Under the pieces are notes generated by a model. That model was given only the letters and a program-made list of their open reading frames with translations, made no database searches and was not told the origin of the DNA. Shown here piece after piece: positions 21,801 through 33,967 of a stretch of 48,124 bases of DNA. The position numbers were made by a program, and so were the translations under genes. The stretch covers positions 1 to 48,124 of the forward strand of contig FLMG01001141.1 in the NCBI GenBank assembly GCA_900088475.1, read 5' to 3'. Positions within the stretch are counted from its first letter, which is position 1, and every line of letters begins with the position of its first letter. Origin of the DNA: Hyphochytrium catenoides. Lineage: Eukaryota; Protista; Hyphochytriomycota.

Positions 21801-24546
21801 GGGCGACGGACTAGTCTCAGGAGGAGAAACAAGAGAAATTGAGCCAGAAGTAATCCAGGGCTGGCTCGCTGTGTTATTTGTTTGCAGCCTCCTCAGTCCT
21901 TCTGGGATTCCGATTGAGCTGCTCTTGGCCATCACCACTAGTCAGCAGAGCTTGACACGTTCTACGATCGCGGAAGAAGCAGAACAGAGAGCTAGCAGCA
22001 GGAGCTTACTACCCTTTCCCCTTTCGTCCGTGCAGCTATATTCTGCAGTCGATCTCGCCGAATCCCACGGCCTTCTCATGCGCCGCGAACTGCCTAGTCA
22101 ATCGCATTTTGCTCCTCCCTCTGTCCTTATAATCATGCATCAGCTCACACAAAGAGGAGTAAGGAGAGTACTGCAGACAAAATGGGCAGAGTGTCTTATG
22201 CCCTTAATGGAGAGCGTGATGGCTGGGATGACTGGTCCGCTGTATGGCTGGTGCAGACCGCAAGAATTTGGAGATCGACAAACCTTTGGTCTTTGGTATG
22301 AAAATGTCCAGAACTCTAAAGTGGGAAGGTTCTGGAGAAAACAAGCCACCTCACCGGGAGGCACTTTCTGGCAGGGAGGACGGACTCAAGTGTCACCGCC
22401 ACAGGCGAAGGGAGGCCCTGCTGAGGGTGGTGGTGCTCACGACGGTGCCTTGCACAAGTCCGTCGTATTATCTAGGGAAGAAGCTACGTATGGAGAGAAT
22501 GAGCATCCCTATCTCTCCTCGTTGATGGCCTTGGCATGGCTGTTCGCGGTGATGGAAGAATTTGAGAAAGCTAAGGACTGTCTGGCCCAAGTAATTGAGT
22601 GGGGAGACGACGAGCAGCAGATGGGACAAGCACTAGGTCGGAAACTGAGACTCCCATCATTATCTTGCCAGCAAACCAGGAATAGTCCCGGCCACCGACA
22701 TCATGGCCCCGACGTAGGGGCCGAGAGTAAACTCAAGCACGAGGAAGTATCTCCTGCGGCTGATCTCACGATTGAAGGCTTTCGAAGCTTGATTGGTAGG
22801 GGAATCCCTATCTTCGCTGTTCTAGCTAGCCGCGCCTACATTACCTCTCGGACCTTGGAACTGGACATCTACAAGGCTTGCTTGGAACTAAGTCAAATCC
22901 TAAAGCCCCTTTTAGTTGGAGGTAACCGGCGCCTTATCTTGGACTACTGCCAGTTACTCTTGAGCCTTGGAACTTCAATGGCTCTTAACGGCGTTCAAAT
23001 TGTGATGGCTCAAAGGATCGTCTCGTCTGCCATTGAGCTCGCGCGCCCTTTCTCAGATATTACTCGGCCCTATGACGACTTTCATCACGTCATGGCACAA
23101 TCATTGGTCCTGATGTCGGGACTAGCGGCTGCACACTTTCTAGACTATGCTAAGGCCTACACATTTGGCTGTGAGGCCCGACGCTGGATTGAAGCATCTG
23201 TGGAGGTTCCGCAACAAGACGTGAAGCATGCGAAGAAAGCTACGATAAAAGCTGTGACATCACCTTGGGTCTCCACAGAGAGGACATCTAGGATCTCAGT
23301 GAGAACGCTTCCATCCCCCCAGCTCTCTTGGATGTCAGGGCTGTCTGATACCTTGCAGGTGGCAGCGACTCGGTCGAAGGCTCTTATGGCTCACATTGGC
23401 GACGTCTACCTTTACTGTGGAATGGCGCAGCTTCGCCTCGGCAACTTGGATGAAGGCGTAGTCGAGATGCGTACAGCTCTCTCTCTTGCGCTTTTAATTT
23501 TTCCTGAGGAGCACAAGACGGTCCTGGTTTACCAGGGCTACCTATGTGAAGGATACCGGTTGGCTGGAAATGTGAAGGAAGGAGAAGAGTTATGCCTTGA
23601 CGCATTAGACAAAGCCAAGAACAACCCTTCCCTCGGTGAGAACAGCTACCTTTATGGGATGCTGCTCTCGTTGAGGGCCGCCTTTCATGCTGAGAAGGCA
23701 GAGTTCTTACAGGTCTATGACACAATGGTAAAAGCCCGAGACCTCATCGCTGCCACCAGAGGAACAGAACACTTCAGGGTGGCAGATGTTTGCACCTGGA
23801 TAGCAGAGGCTCTGTTTGAGCTACAGAGATACGAAGAGGCCCGAGCACTACTGGAAGATAGTGTCATTCCAACCCTGCGGCGGACTCAGGTCATAGCTGA
23901 CAAAGGCTTCTTGGCCCGGGCACTCAGCCTACTGTCAAACATTCTCCTGACACAGGTATATACAATGGGATCTCTCGTCGAAAGGGACAGTGGTGCTGGG
24001 GAAATTGAATTGGGTAAATGGCAAGAGAACAGGACGGCATTCTTGAAGAGATGTAAAGAGCTCTCAGAGGAAAGTCTGGAACTCGCACTCCAGCCAGGCT
24101 GCGGAAACGGTAAAGCACTTTTATCGTTCGTCTTCTTAGTAAAAGGGAAAGTTCTTTATGCAAGTGGAGAACGGGAGGAAGCCCTGGCAGCCCTAGAACA
24201 AGGCCGAGACCATTTGAGCTGCCGTAGCAGTGCTTACCGGAGAGGAGACGTGCACTTTGAGATGGGCTCCGCTCTCTGTTTCCTGCCTGTAAAGTGCAAG
24301 GAAGGTAGGGCTGGACAAAGAGAGGTGAAGAATAAATCAGAAAATCACGGCAACAGCGAAGACCATGACACATGGGACGAGCAATATGGTCGTGGCTGTA
24401 AACTCCTTCACGAAGCTCGAGACCTCTTTATGGGTCAGCTAGGAGAGGCTGACAGGAGAACCAAGGCGGCCAACAGAGCCATTCACCTAGTCATGAGCAG
24501 AAGAAGAGGACGAATGGATTACCAAGCAAGCTTTCCTCCACGCTAG
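18867..24546 (+). CDS. STAND/NLR-like protein: two HEPN-like modules + NB-ARC NTPase + winged helix + TPRs (~1858 aa; exons 18867-19010 and 19114-24546)
   Basis: ATG exon of 48 codons, then a GTGTGT..CAG phase-0 intron joining in frame to a 5.4-kb ORF. Motifs: RNRLAH (19588-19605), RAELFH (20200-20217), LIGRD (20716), Walker A GMPAMGKT (20860-20883), Walker B WFIVADDV (21091-21114), GGTILFTT (sensor 1), GNNPLG (GxP, 21457), MHQLTQ (22135), and kinesin-light-chain-type TPRs (GENEHP, PEEHKTV, LGENSY, GTEHFRVA, LGEADRRT). Confidence 0.9.
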
Positions 24547-25163
24547 ACCTCTGACTACTACTAGATCTAACTGAACGACAGCTTCAATGATATTTTTTGT
24601 GGCCACTTTACTCTCTTCCTGGTTGTTAGTATCAGGACGCCTTGCGCTTAGTCGTAGCAAATAGTTTCCATTGCTTTCTCTCTTACGTCATGTTTGGCCG
24701 CTAAGGCTTATCGGGCTAAACACCTTCCTCCTTCTTCACCTCATCTTGTTGGTCAATCATCACTTAACTATTTATTAGCCGAGCCCTACCGAGAAAGACA
24801 TTCTCTCTACAATCCTACTGGATCCCTGTCTTCCCGCTCGTCCCCTAGGTGTCCTCGGGTTGAGAAAGACAAGAAGTGTGATTCCAGAATAGCTCGTGAC
24901 CTAACCGCGACGCTAAGTATTCATCCCCCATACCGTTGGGCATCACATGTACCAAGAACAACCGGCTCGTGGCTCTTTTAGTCCTCACAATGCAAAGTTG
25001 TATGAGTGGGCTGCCGACCGTGTAGAGGCTTGTAAATTGTACGCTGACGAGCCTTTGCCTCTTGATGTCCTTGGTTGCGGCCCACTAAGAAGCACAGATA
25101 CTTCCAGGCTAGGGAACGCTCACACCATGCAGCGTCCGGGGTGAAAACCTTTATTTCTCCTCT

Positions 25164-27285
25164 TTAGCCTGATTGTCCTCCTTCCTGGCCTGACGTGACG
25201 TGCCTGACAGAGGCATTCTGTTGTAAAGGAGGAGCAGCAGCTGGAGTGCCATTCTGGTAGCCTTCTGAAGAACCGTGTGCGGTGTACCTAACAGCAGGCG
25301 ATGCACCAGGCATGGCCACCGCCTTGGGAACTGAGTCTACGGAGGATGGTTCCTCACTGTCACTCATAGGCAACGCGTCTGCCTCAACCTCAGCAGTGTG
25401 GTTGTTGGGGAGTATGGGCCTCTCACCGTTGGGACTAGAAATTGACATTGAATGTTGGGCCAGCAAATCCTTTGCAAGTTGTATATCTTTGACCATGTCT
25501 TCTCTATACTTCCCGAGATCAATGTCCAGCCCGCTGTTGGAAGAAATAATTGCATCTAATTCCTGCAAAGCAGATATCTGCAACCTATCCAGAGCTGCAA
25601 TACAGGCGGTGGCATGAGCAGAAGCGGCAGGAAGACACACAACGAGAAGGATTGAGCAGGCGAACACCACCTCTTTGAGCCACCGACCTTGAGGGGAAAT
25701 AAGACCCTTTCTGTAGGCCTGATTGCCTGCATCAACGTAGTTCCTGAAGACAACCACTCCAGCAGCTTGCATCGTCTTCACCATCTGCTCACGCTGCAAG
25801 ACGTCCTTTTCTCGCTTCTTGGGCTTGAGCAACTGAGTAATATCATGAATGAAAGGCTGGGCCATTCCGTGGTAGAGCAGCTGCAACGCTACATCCGGAT
25901 CTCCTATCAAGAGGACGGGAACGCTGTCAATGCCCACGCTCTAGGGAGAAGATAAGGCTCGCAAGAAGCAAAACGAGGGTAGCAGCAGACCTTGTCCGTT
26001 GTCCCCAAGGAAAAATAGCTGATAACCTGGGAATCCTATGATCAATCGCCGGATGTTCTGCCACATAGCAATTTAGCAAGACAAAAATGTTAGGGGAAAA
26101 AGCTCTAACAATGTCAATGCCTTCTAGAGCTTACATCCATCTTGTCTTTCACCATCTCGTGATTGAAGAAGGAGTCAAAGAGCGATCCTCCCATCATCAC
26201 TGCAGCATGGGAAGGTGATAATGTGAGGTTTGTAAGAGGCAAAAAAGCTTCAAGCGCTCCTCTATGGTAACTCTATTGGAACTCACGGCGGTAAGCCCCC
26301 GGACCGAGGATCTCGTTCAGTTCCCACTCTGTCCATGGGGCCAACAGCTTTCTAGCTCGGGCAGAGAGGAAAACGAGAAAGGATCTGTTCGAACGGTGAT
26401 GAGCAGGAAAAGACGAAATCAGATGGGGCAAGGGCTACCACGAGCGACACCCGCCAACACTCCAAGCTGTCAGCTCGAGCGTTCAGCATGAACAGACGAT
26501 AATGACCTGAGTTTCGACAGTCCTCCATCGAGCGACGGGCTTTTTGAGAACTTGACACCATTTGTTAAGGCGTCAGTGAATGCTCCACTGCCTGGAAGTG
26601 CAGTTCCACTAGGAAGCCCAGTATTTAAGCCAGCAATTCGAGTGTCATCGATATCACTGAGGAGAGGAAGGTAAGAAACGAGAAAGGTTTGTGAGTACCC
26701 ATTGCTCTCTTGTTGGTGGTTTCAATGAAGCTGTCCAGCTTACGAGATGACCAGGCGGTGCTCTCCGGTTGATGGTGGCGGCGATGGCATCAGATTGACG
26801 AACTTTAGCAAGATGTTGTCCAGCGTGCCCTGCTGATCCTTGTTGAGACTGAAAAAGAACTTTTCCCATTCCAAAGGAGAGCCCACCGCGTTTTTCAGGA
26901 AAAGAAGATCTTCAGCACTTTTGACAGACGTGAAAATGATCCCAAGGGCTCGGGCTGGCTTGGGTCTAGCACTTAATGGCGCCAGGGCCTTCACCCATTC
27001 CGCTTTCTTTTGAATGGGGGTGCTTGGATTGTTAGCGTTAGCTTCAGCCTCTGCAATCAGCGGCTTCAGCTTATTTACTGCCGCACCATTCGTGATGAAC
27101 TTAGGGAAATCCTCGAGTAGGAAGCTTGGAACTGAGTCTGCCAAGAACTCAACAACCCTATCGATGAGGCTTGCTTCCGTTGCCTCGGGGACTGAGAGAA
27201 GTATGACAAGGGCGAGTAAGGTAACGATTGGAGTCCATGGGCCGAGACATCTGCTCTTTCTTTGCCTTGCCATTCTGCTATCCAT
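25164..27285 (-). CDS. App1-type HAD-superfamily (phosphatidate) phosphatase-like protein with N-terminal hydrophobic leader, multi-exon
   Basis: Spliced motifs: LVIS|DIDDT (exon ends 26744/26656; DxDxT at 26641-26655), LPGSGAFTDAL, FMLNARA, GGSLFDSFFNHEMVKDKMD, NIRRLIIGFPGYQLFFLGDNGQ|GDPDVA, FIHD, FRNYVDAG..AYRKGLIS. The leader WTPIVTLLALVILLSVPEATEA looks like a signal peptide. The start codon and two short introns are uncertain. Confidence 0.8.
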
Positions 27286-29348
27286 GGGATTCTCTGGCCG
27301 ACAGATAGAGCAGCTATGGGGGGCTTGACCGCCAAATCTCGTTGATGGCAGTGGCACCAATGGGTTGCCAAGGCCTACACGTTAACTGTCCACAGTCTGC
27401 CGGTCTTCTCTGTCCTCCGGAGAAGCGAACTGTCTACGAGCAGAAATGCAAATGGAGTTTGTTCACGAATCACTGTCGGGGCAGATCAGACTAGGCGCTG
27501 GATGAGACTGTTGACGAGGAACGTGTCTCCAGCCATGAGGCCGTAGAAGGCCCAAGCGGCTACCTGACACCGACATTCACTTGGGATGTGGCTACTCAGC
27601 ATGCTGATGCTGTAGCACGGATCATCATCAAGCAACGATGCAAGCCGAGGCTGGGAAGGAGAGGAGGACGTGCAGCTGAGAGAGATTCGGGGCAAACAGA
27701 AAAGACTCGGATGCTTCTAAAGACCTAGAACGGGGAGGAAACATATCAAAATCTATTGCATGGAGATGGTGGCAGGTCGTATTCACTAATAAACAGTAGT
27801 AGTAGAAGAACTATCCTTTCAATCACCGACGTAGTGAGGGATGCCTAGACCTCGAGGACATCTGCACATTCTAATGCTCCTTCAGCCCTTGCCCCGAATG
27901 TTCTACACCTAGTAGAACCGTACACTGTGGTTGTGGTCGCATCGTTCTGCCGGTAGTAGAGCCGTACACTACTATAGAAGGCCAGTACCGTTACTAATAA
28001 GAACTACTCCGTGTAGGACATCGGAGAGGACATGAAGAATAATAACCAGCGCAGTACAAGGAGACTACTAAGGGACAAGGTTCTGAACAGATCTGGGCTG
28101 TTGAACCAGCACGAGGCATTAGGATTAACAGGCAGTTGGAGGATAGACCGCGTCACGTTCTTCTAGAGGTGCGACAATAATATGCTATGCAAGGGAAGAT
28201 GCACATGACAGATGACAGTAGTTTTCTCAACCAAAGGCCCTAATCACAGAAGCAGCGGTAGGTTACTCTACTGCATATAGTTGTTGGTTATAGTTATCTA
28301 TGAAGACAAAACGGCTTCCCAACGCTATGCTAGACTCTCCAGGCAAGGTTACCGTGTATGGTAGGCACCTATCTAGAGCTTCCTGACATTCGAGTCTAAT
28401 ATCTTGTCCGATAAACGATAGATAGGAAGACTAGGCCGTGACCATCACCCTCGTGGGTGCCTGCTGCCTTTCTTTATCTGAGGATTGATGGTCAACGATT
28501 CGGACCTATCGAACAAAGCAAAGCGTGACAAGCTGCTTCCAGGCTCATGCCTGTGCGCTAAAGCTGAAGGAGCCCTACTGCGGTAGTAAAGTAAAATGTT
28601 GTCGGTATATATATCGTACGTTCGAGCACCTCTTCCTAGTTGGGACGCTGGCTACGGAAGGCAAGCCCGGCTTGTGTGTAGACACTGTAAAAGAACAAGG
28701 CATCTGATTGTAATGAAGTTCTTATGATGAAAAAGCGCGAAAGGCGAAAGAAGGAAGTTTGACTCTAGTTGTCGTGCCGAAGAAGTGTCAACCTATAATC
28801 ACGTAAAGTTGTTGAGACCATCAGCAGTCATCACCTTGAAAAATGGTATCAATGCGGTGTATAGGGACGTTGTAGCACGGAAAGAAGAAAGCTATAAAAT
28901 GAATAACTGATAAGAAGTAGCCAGCGACTAGCTAAAAGAGATGATTCAGCTACTTTGAAAAAGGTGAAACAAAGACCACCCTGGTGACACCGCTGGAAGA
29001 AGTGAGTCCTTCTTCCTTGCTCATAGCGCAGACGAGAAGAGGTATAGGGAAGGATGTCCGCAGCAGATAGTGCACTTGCCAGTGTCAAAGAGCAGTGGCG
29101 CTCAAGGTGTTTATTCCTTCTGGCAAGAGTCTCCTCTCATTACTCCAGACAGCAACTGCTATCAGTCGAGCTGCAATTTAGTTGCTGGCTTTATCGCAGC
29201 GACTGGGATCGTCCTTATCATCCTCTACTAATAGCGTTTGTCTTCTCCCCACTCACCTCGACCGAGATGGCGTCCTTATGGGGAATCGATGATTGTCTCA
29301 GCTAACCCAAGTGAAGCTGTGGCTGGAGCATTGTAAGGGCCTGACAAG

Positions 29349-29632
29349 CTTGTTTGCACGACCACTGCTGAGTGATGATCAACATACGTCCTATATCATC
29401 ATCAGGCGATACGAAGCAAGACCGTAGAGACTCTGCTTCCTAGTTGGCGTTTATCGTGATAATATCGAGTGGCTCCTAGAAAGTGCAGGCAGCCTCAGTG
29501 CACCTGTAGCATTAATCAGGGCTTGCTCTATCCGTCCTCGTCGTTACTACTGCAAGTTCCCTTCAAATCTTGCTTGACACGACCACTACTGCTGCTCAAC
29601 ATACGTCCAATATCATCGCAATACTAAGTAAT
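29349..29632. repeat. Two imperfect ~60-bp direct repeats (~29349-29420 and ~29570-29632) downstream of the pogo transposase
   Basis: CTTG(T/C)TTG..CACGACCACT(G/A)CTG...TCAACATACGTCC(T/A)ATATCATC..GC(G/A)ATAC(G/T)AAG occurs twice. Confidence 0.7.
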
Positions 29633-29899
29633 GGCAGCTTCGCTGTCGCACTGATGAGTGCACATCATTGTATTTAGCGCCTATTTGCTAAGGAGATGAG
29701 GCTGCAGCCCTCTTACTATCGTGGCTCACTGCTGCTCCGCAAGGGGCAGTAGAAGGAAGAAGAGCGTCATTGCAAGTGGTGCGGACGAGAAAAGAAGGAC
29801 GAGCTTGTTGTTTGCAGGAGGTTGAGGGTTGAGGAGAAATAGAACAGAGGTGGTGGCTCACCAGCTCGGCCTTATCATCAGTCCGGTTACCTTCTTTCT

Positions 29900-31738
29900 C
29901 GTTAGAGGTTGGTACGACCTGCAGTGGTGGTGCTACAGGAAGTGATGATACTAATGAGCAACAAGTTCTCCGGTTGTGTCCGATCTGATGGCAAACACTG
30001 CAGGTGATTTTTCTCCTCTTTGGCTTCTTGGGGCCTGCTATGAGGTCTCCTCCTGCAGCGCCTTCTAGAGCAACGGAGACGATAAAGGAGACGGAGAATA
30101 GTAAAGTGGGTGCCATCGTAAACTGTTTAACAATTTGAGGCGGTACACATACCTTGGGCCTTTCCTTTTACCTCTTCTGTGTCCCTCATCCTCTTGCGCT
30201 TCGAACTCTCACCATTCAGGAGATACCACCTAGAAGTTCTCCTACTTCGTACCAGCCGCCCCTCTTCTCGCAGCAACCGTTTTGTCAGGGCGTCTTCCTT
30301 TGCCATTTGTCGCCTCTCTTGCTTCTCATTATACTCCTCAATTCTCCGTCTTTCTTCGGCGACTTGAAGCTCATGACAGAACAGCCTATTCGGTGACTGA
30401 CTCGCTACGATCTTTCTTCTCACCGTTTTCTTCTGACTCTCTGATAAGTGAACAATCTCCGAGTTGGCAAGGTTGATCCCATTTCGCGCAAGGACCCTGT
30501 TTTCACGGTCAGACAGGGTGTTGAGAGGTAGAGGTCAATGAGAAGATTGAACTGCCCATACCTGGAGTCCGGAGCAGCATTCTCTTTGAGCTCGCTCAGG
30601 TTGATGCGTTGCCTATTGACCGGCCACATTCCTCTGCTTTCCCACGACTTTTGTGTGATCTCTCTTGTGACCGCTGTCTCGAACGCTCGGTCGAAGACAC
30701 TCGCCCTTTTTTCTCGAGGAAGGGACTTCCCTCTTGTTCGCAGCGCCCAGGAATGTACCTCCTTTCTCCACTGCGATTTGAAGGCTCTAAAGATTCCACC
30801 ATCCAACGGTTGCAGAAGATGAGCCAGATGAGGTGGAAAGGAGAGGATGTGTATTCCATTGGCCACGCACTTCCTGACTCCAAGTGCAACGTGCGCCTTA
30901 TGGTTATCGAGTAAGAGCAACACAGGCCTGACTGGTGGAGCGTACTAGATAAAATGGTCTATCCATTTCTCAAAAAGAGCAGAGTCAATAAAAGCACTCT
31001 CTGTTGCAGCCACTCTGCTGCCAGGTGGGGCCCCGTCCAGGAGAGTGCTCGCGACTTGTTTGCCCCTGAAGATGAAGAATGGAGGAATGTAGGTTCCATT
31101 CCAGTACACAGGGCGATAGTGTTCTCCCGGGTGGCACCTCTTGTATGTCTCACATTCTCTGCGCCCTCCTTTGCATTCACCTTCAGTCCAGGCCCGCCTT
31201 GAGGTTCTAGCCCAGTCTCATCGCAGTTGAAAATCTGTGCTGCAGTAAGTAGGGGATGCTCCTTCAGGAAAGCTTTATACTCAGCGAAGAAGTAATTGAC
31301 CTCTTCATCCGCCGCAGCGTTGGTACGATCAGCGTCCAGAATTCTTGACTTTTGAAGACTGAGTCTGTGCCGGTGCCTCTCGAGGAAGCGCCTAACCCAC
31401 TTATCAGACGGACCCTCCATAGGGAATCGATGGGTCCGTCCATCCGCAACTATGTCAAGGATGGTTGCTTTGATTTGCCAGGTTGTAGCCGGAAATCCTC
31501 TACGGGCTCTATCGATGAGATCTTCAACAAGTGCATCCTCTTCCTCTGGTGACAAAGCCGGACGTGGGCCAGGACGCTTACCAACGAAGGGGACCTCTCC
31601 TGCCACATGACGCCTGATCGTGCTCGCCGGGACATGATAAAATCTTTCAGCCCCTCTCAGAGATCTCTCCTCTTGGCGAACAGCACTGACTGCCGCCTGA
31701 AGGGTGTCCGCACTATACGTTTTTCTGGCGGTCAACAT
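29900..31738 (-). mobile_element. pogo/Fot1-like (Tc1-mariner superfamily) DDD transposase pseudogene
   Basis: HTH-psq (YSADTLQAAV...YHVPASTIRRH), CENP-B HTH (LSPEEEDAL...GFP...KWVRRFLERH), D1 IFNCDETG, D2 LLLDNHKAH and D3 LQPLDGGIF (34 residues between D2 and D3), a coiled region, and C-terminal CSVCHQIGHNRRTC (29961-30002). Frameshift near 31105, in-frame TAG at 30945-30947, further breaks 3'. TIRs not identified. Confidence 0.93.
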
Positions 31739-33259
31739 TATGATGATACGAGCTTGCTCTTACTTCTTCTTATTATATAAAATAGACGACGAGGGCGGCA
31801 GCGGGAAGAAGATCAAAGGCGTCTGAGACACGACGACCAGCATCTTCAAAGACGTCTGACGCGAGCAGCAGTGAAGATTGAAGATCAGAGAAGAAGAGAA
31901 AGGAACCTCCGTCCTTCTTCCTATTATTCTGACAAAGAGCTTTAGAGTAACGGAGGGCCGAGCTCCGCTAATTTCCAATTCATAGTTCCCGCGTCAGCAA
32001 CGGTTAGTAGGATTGGAAAACCTATGAAAGGGAAGGAAGAAGTGAGGCTCATGTGAGTAGCTTTCTCTACAATGATGCTTCTATGGCGCTTGCAGCTGAC
32101 AACAGAAGGGATTGATGGGCAGCAGCAGCAGGAGGAGGATCGGACCTGATGAGTGAGTGCACCTGCTGCTCTAGGATCCTTCAATCCGCAGCAGCAGCGG
32201 CTGGCAAGCAATGTTCCCACCTCGCCATACCAGCAGTCTCCCTGTAAATATACCTCTGAGCCCAAAAAAAGACTGGATTCTGATGTTCTTCGTCCTTGAA
32301 GGAATTCCGCCTAAGGATGGGAACAAACAAGGGGGAACACAGGTTCCTCTGTCTCTTTCTCCACTTCCGTCACTGTCTCCTCGCTGCTCTATCTCTTTCC
32401 TCCATAGCACTGTATACGTCAACCCTTACAATGCACTCTTCCTGCCTGAAACGTTCACTCTGGCTCTCACAATACATTTATCTCTCTACATCTTCTCTTG
32501 TACAGCTTTACACAGCGTCAATCTGCGAATTTCTCTGTGTGCGGGGTCCTCATTGGCTCCTCCTCTTCGCTCCATCGTCATCTTACTGTACAAGTTGTAC
32601 AAGGAGAAAGACCTAGACAATCATAGCACTGCTATTATGTATGTAGGATGGGGCCGATGATGATGATGATGCCAGGCAGCTGGTAGATAGAACGATACCG
32701 CGACGTGTTCGGCCTATGATTGAGTCCACGATGTCCTAGATTCCTCTTTGCAAGATCTCTGGCATAATCTAAATAGCAGACCCTGTTCTCTTCTCAGAAG
32801 CGGCCATCACTACTCTCGCCAACAACGGAGAATTATAGTGTCAAGCTTTGCTATCTACTCGACAACGGAGGTTTGGCTTTGTTGCAGGCAGGTACTTCCC
32901 AAGACCACCTTAATCTTTGCGAGCAGAGATCACGTCTTCCCTCAGCACTGGTATCCGAAGACTAGCACTGAGTATAGTACGGAGTAAGCAGGACGAGAGC
33001 CACGCTTCTCGGTCGAAATTGGGAACAGAAGCATCATCACCCTCTCTAGGTGGTCGAAGATTATTCTGCGGCGGCAGCCGCATTGTATCCATCGCACACT
33101 TCATCAACCATCAACGCCGCAGGGCAACAAAAGCCCATCATCTGTCTGAAGCCAACCTTCTACTACCGGGAGCAACGACGTTCGCTAAGAAACCTCTCTT
33201 CATCATTCGAAAGAGAAGTCGCAGCGGATAAAAGACCAAACACACCCTGATCAGGAAAA

Positions 33260-33967
33260 ATGAAGAAGCTCATCGTATCGTCCCCGTCAATACCTACATT
33301 TATCGGCATTCTTTGGAGGGTTCGAAGTGTGCTCTTGCAGCTGCTACCACTCTATCTCAGCGTCATTTTCTTGCCTGATCTCATTCTTCACGTGACATCT
33401 TTGCCATTTGTCTCTTCTATTCAGATGTTCACCTTCTTTATTTGTTCTCTCTTTATCCTCTGGCTCTTCGCCATCTACACCTTTATCTGCCTGGCCGTGC
33501 GAGGGTTGACGAGCCTGGGTCGAGCAGCACCTGCCGCGCTCGTCCGTCCGCCAACGCCCAAGTTCCTAAAAGGAGCCATGACATCGTCCTCTTCGCCAAG
33601 CCATTCTTTACTACTTTTTGGCGTGTCCTTCATCTTCTCCTTCTGTCTCACTATCATAGTGATTGGCCTCCTCCAGCCTGGTGGAAGCGGCGTAATGTCT
33701 GACGCTGCTACAGCTGCTTCTACTCCAATCACCGCCGTCGCCGCTGGAAGGAGCGCAGTCGCAGGAATCTTGGGAAGCGGACTGGGAGGAGTAATGCCTG
33801 GGATCAATAGCCAGCCTTCAGTGATGAGCAGTTCATTGGGAGGAGCAGAGGCAAGTTCCTTTGCTCCTTACCTGCACACTTCTCTGTATGCTGTTGGCCA
33901 GCCGCTGCAATGGCTGCAGAAGGCCTGGCTTGTGATCCCAGCCGCCTTGGGACGAGCCAGAATGTGA
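33260..33967 (+). CDS. Possible small multi-pass membrane protein (235 aa)
   Basis: ATG-initiated ORF with three to four hydrophobic segments and a Gly/Ala/Ser-rich tail. No recognisable family, and CT-rich DNA can mimic hydrophobicity. Confidence 0.35.
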   Translation: MKKLIVSSPSIPTFIGILWRVRSVLLQLLPLYLSVIFLPDLILHVTSLPFVSSIQMFTFFICSLFILWLFAIYTFICLAVRGLTSLGRAAPAALVRPPTPKFLKGAMTSSSSPSHSLLLFGVSFIFSFCLTIIVIGLLQPGGSGVMSDAATAASTPITAVAAGRSAVAGILGSGLGGVMPGINSQPSVMSSSLGGAEASSFAPYLHTSLYAVGQPLQWLQKAWLVIPAALGRARM

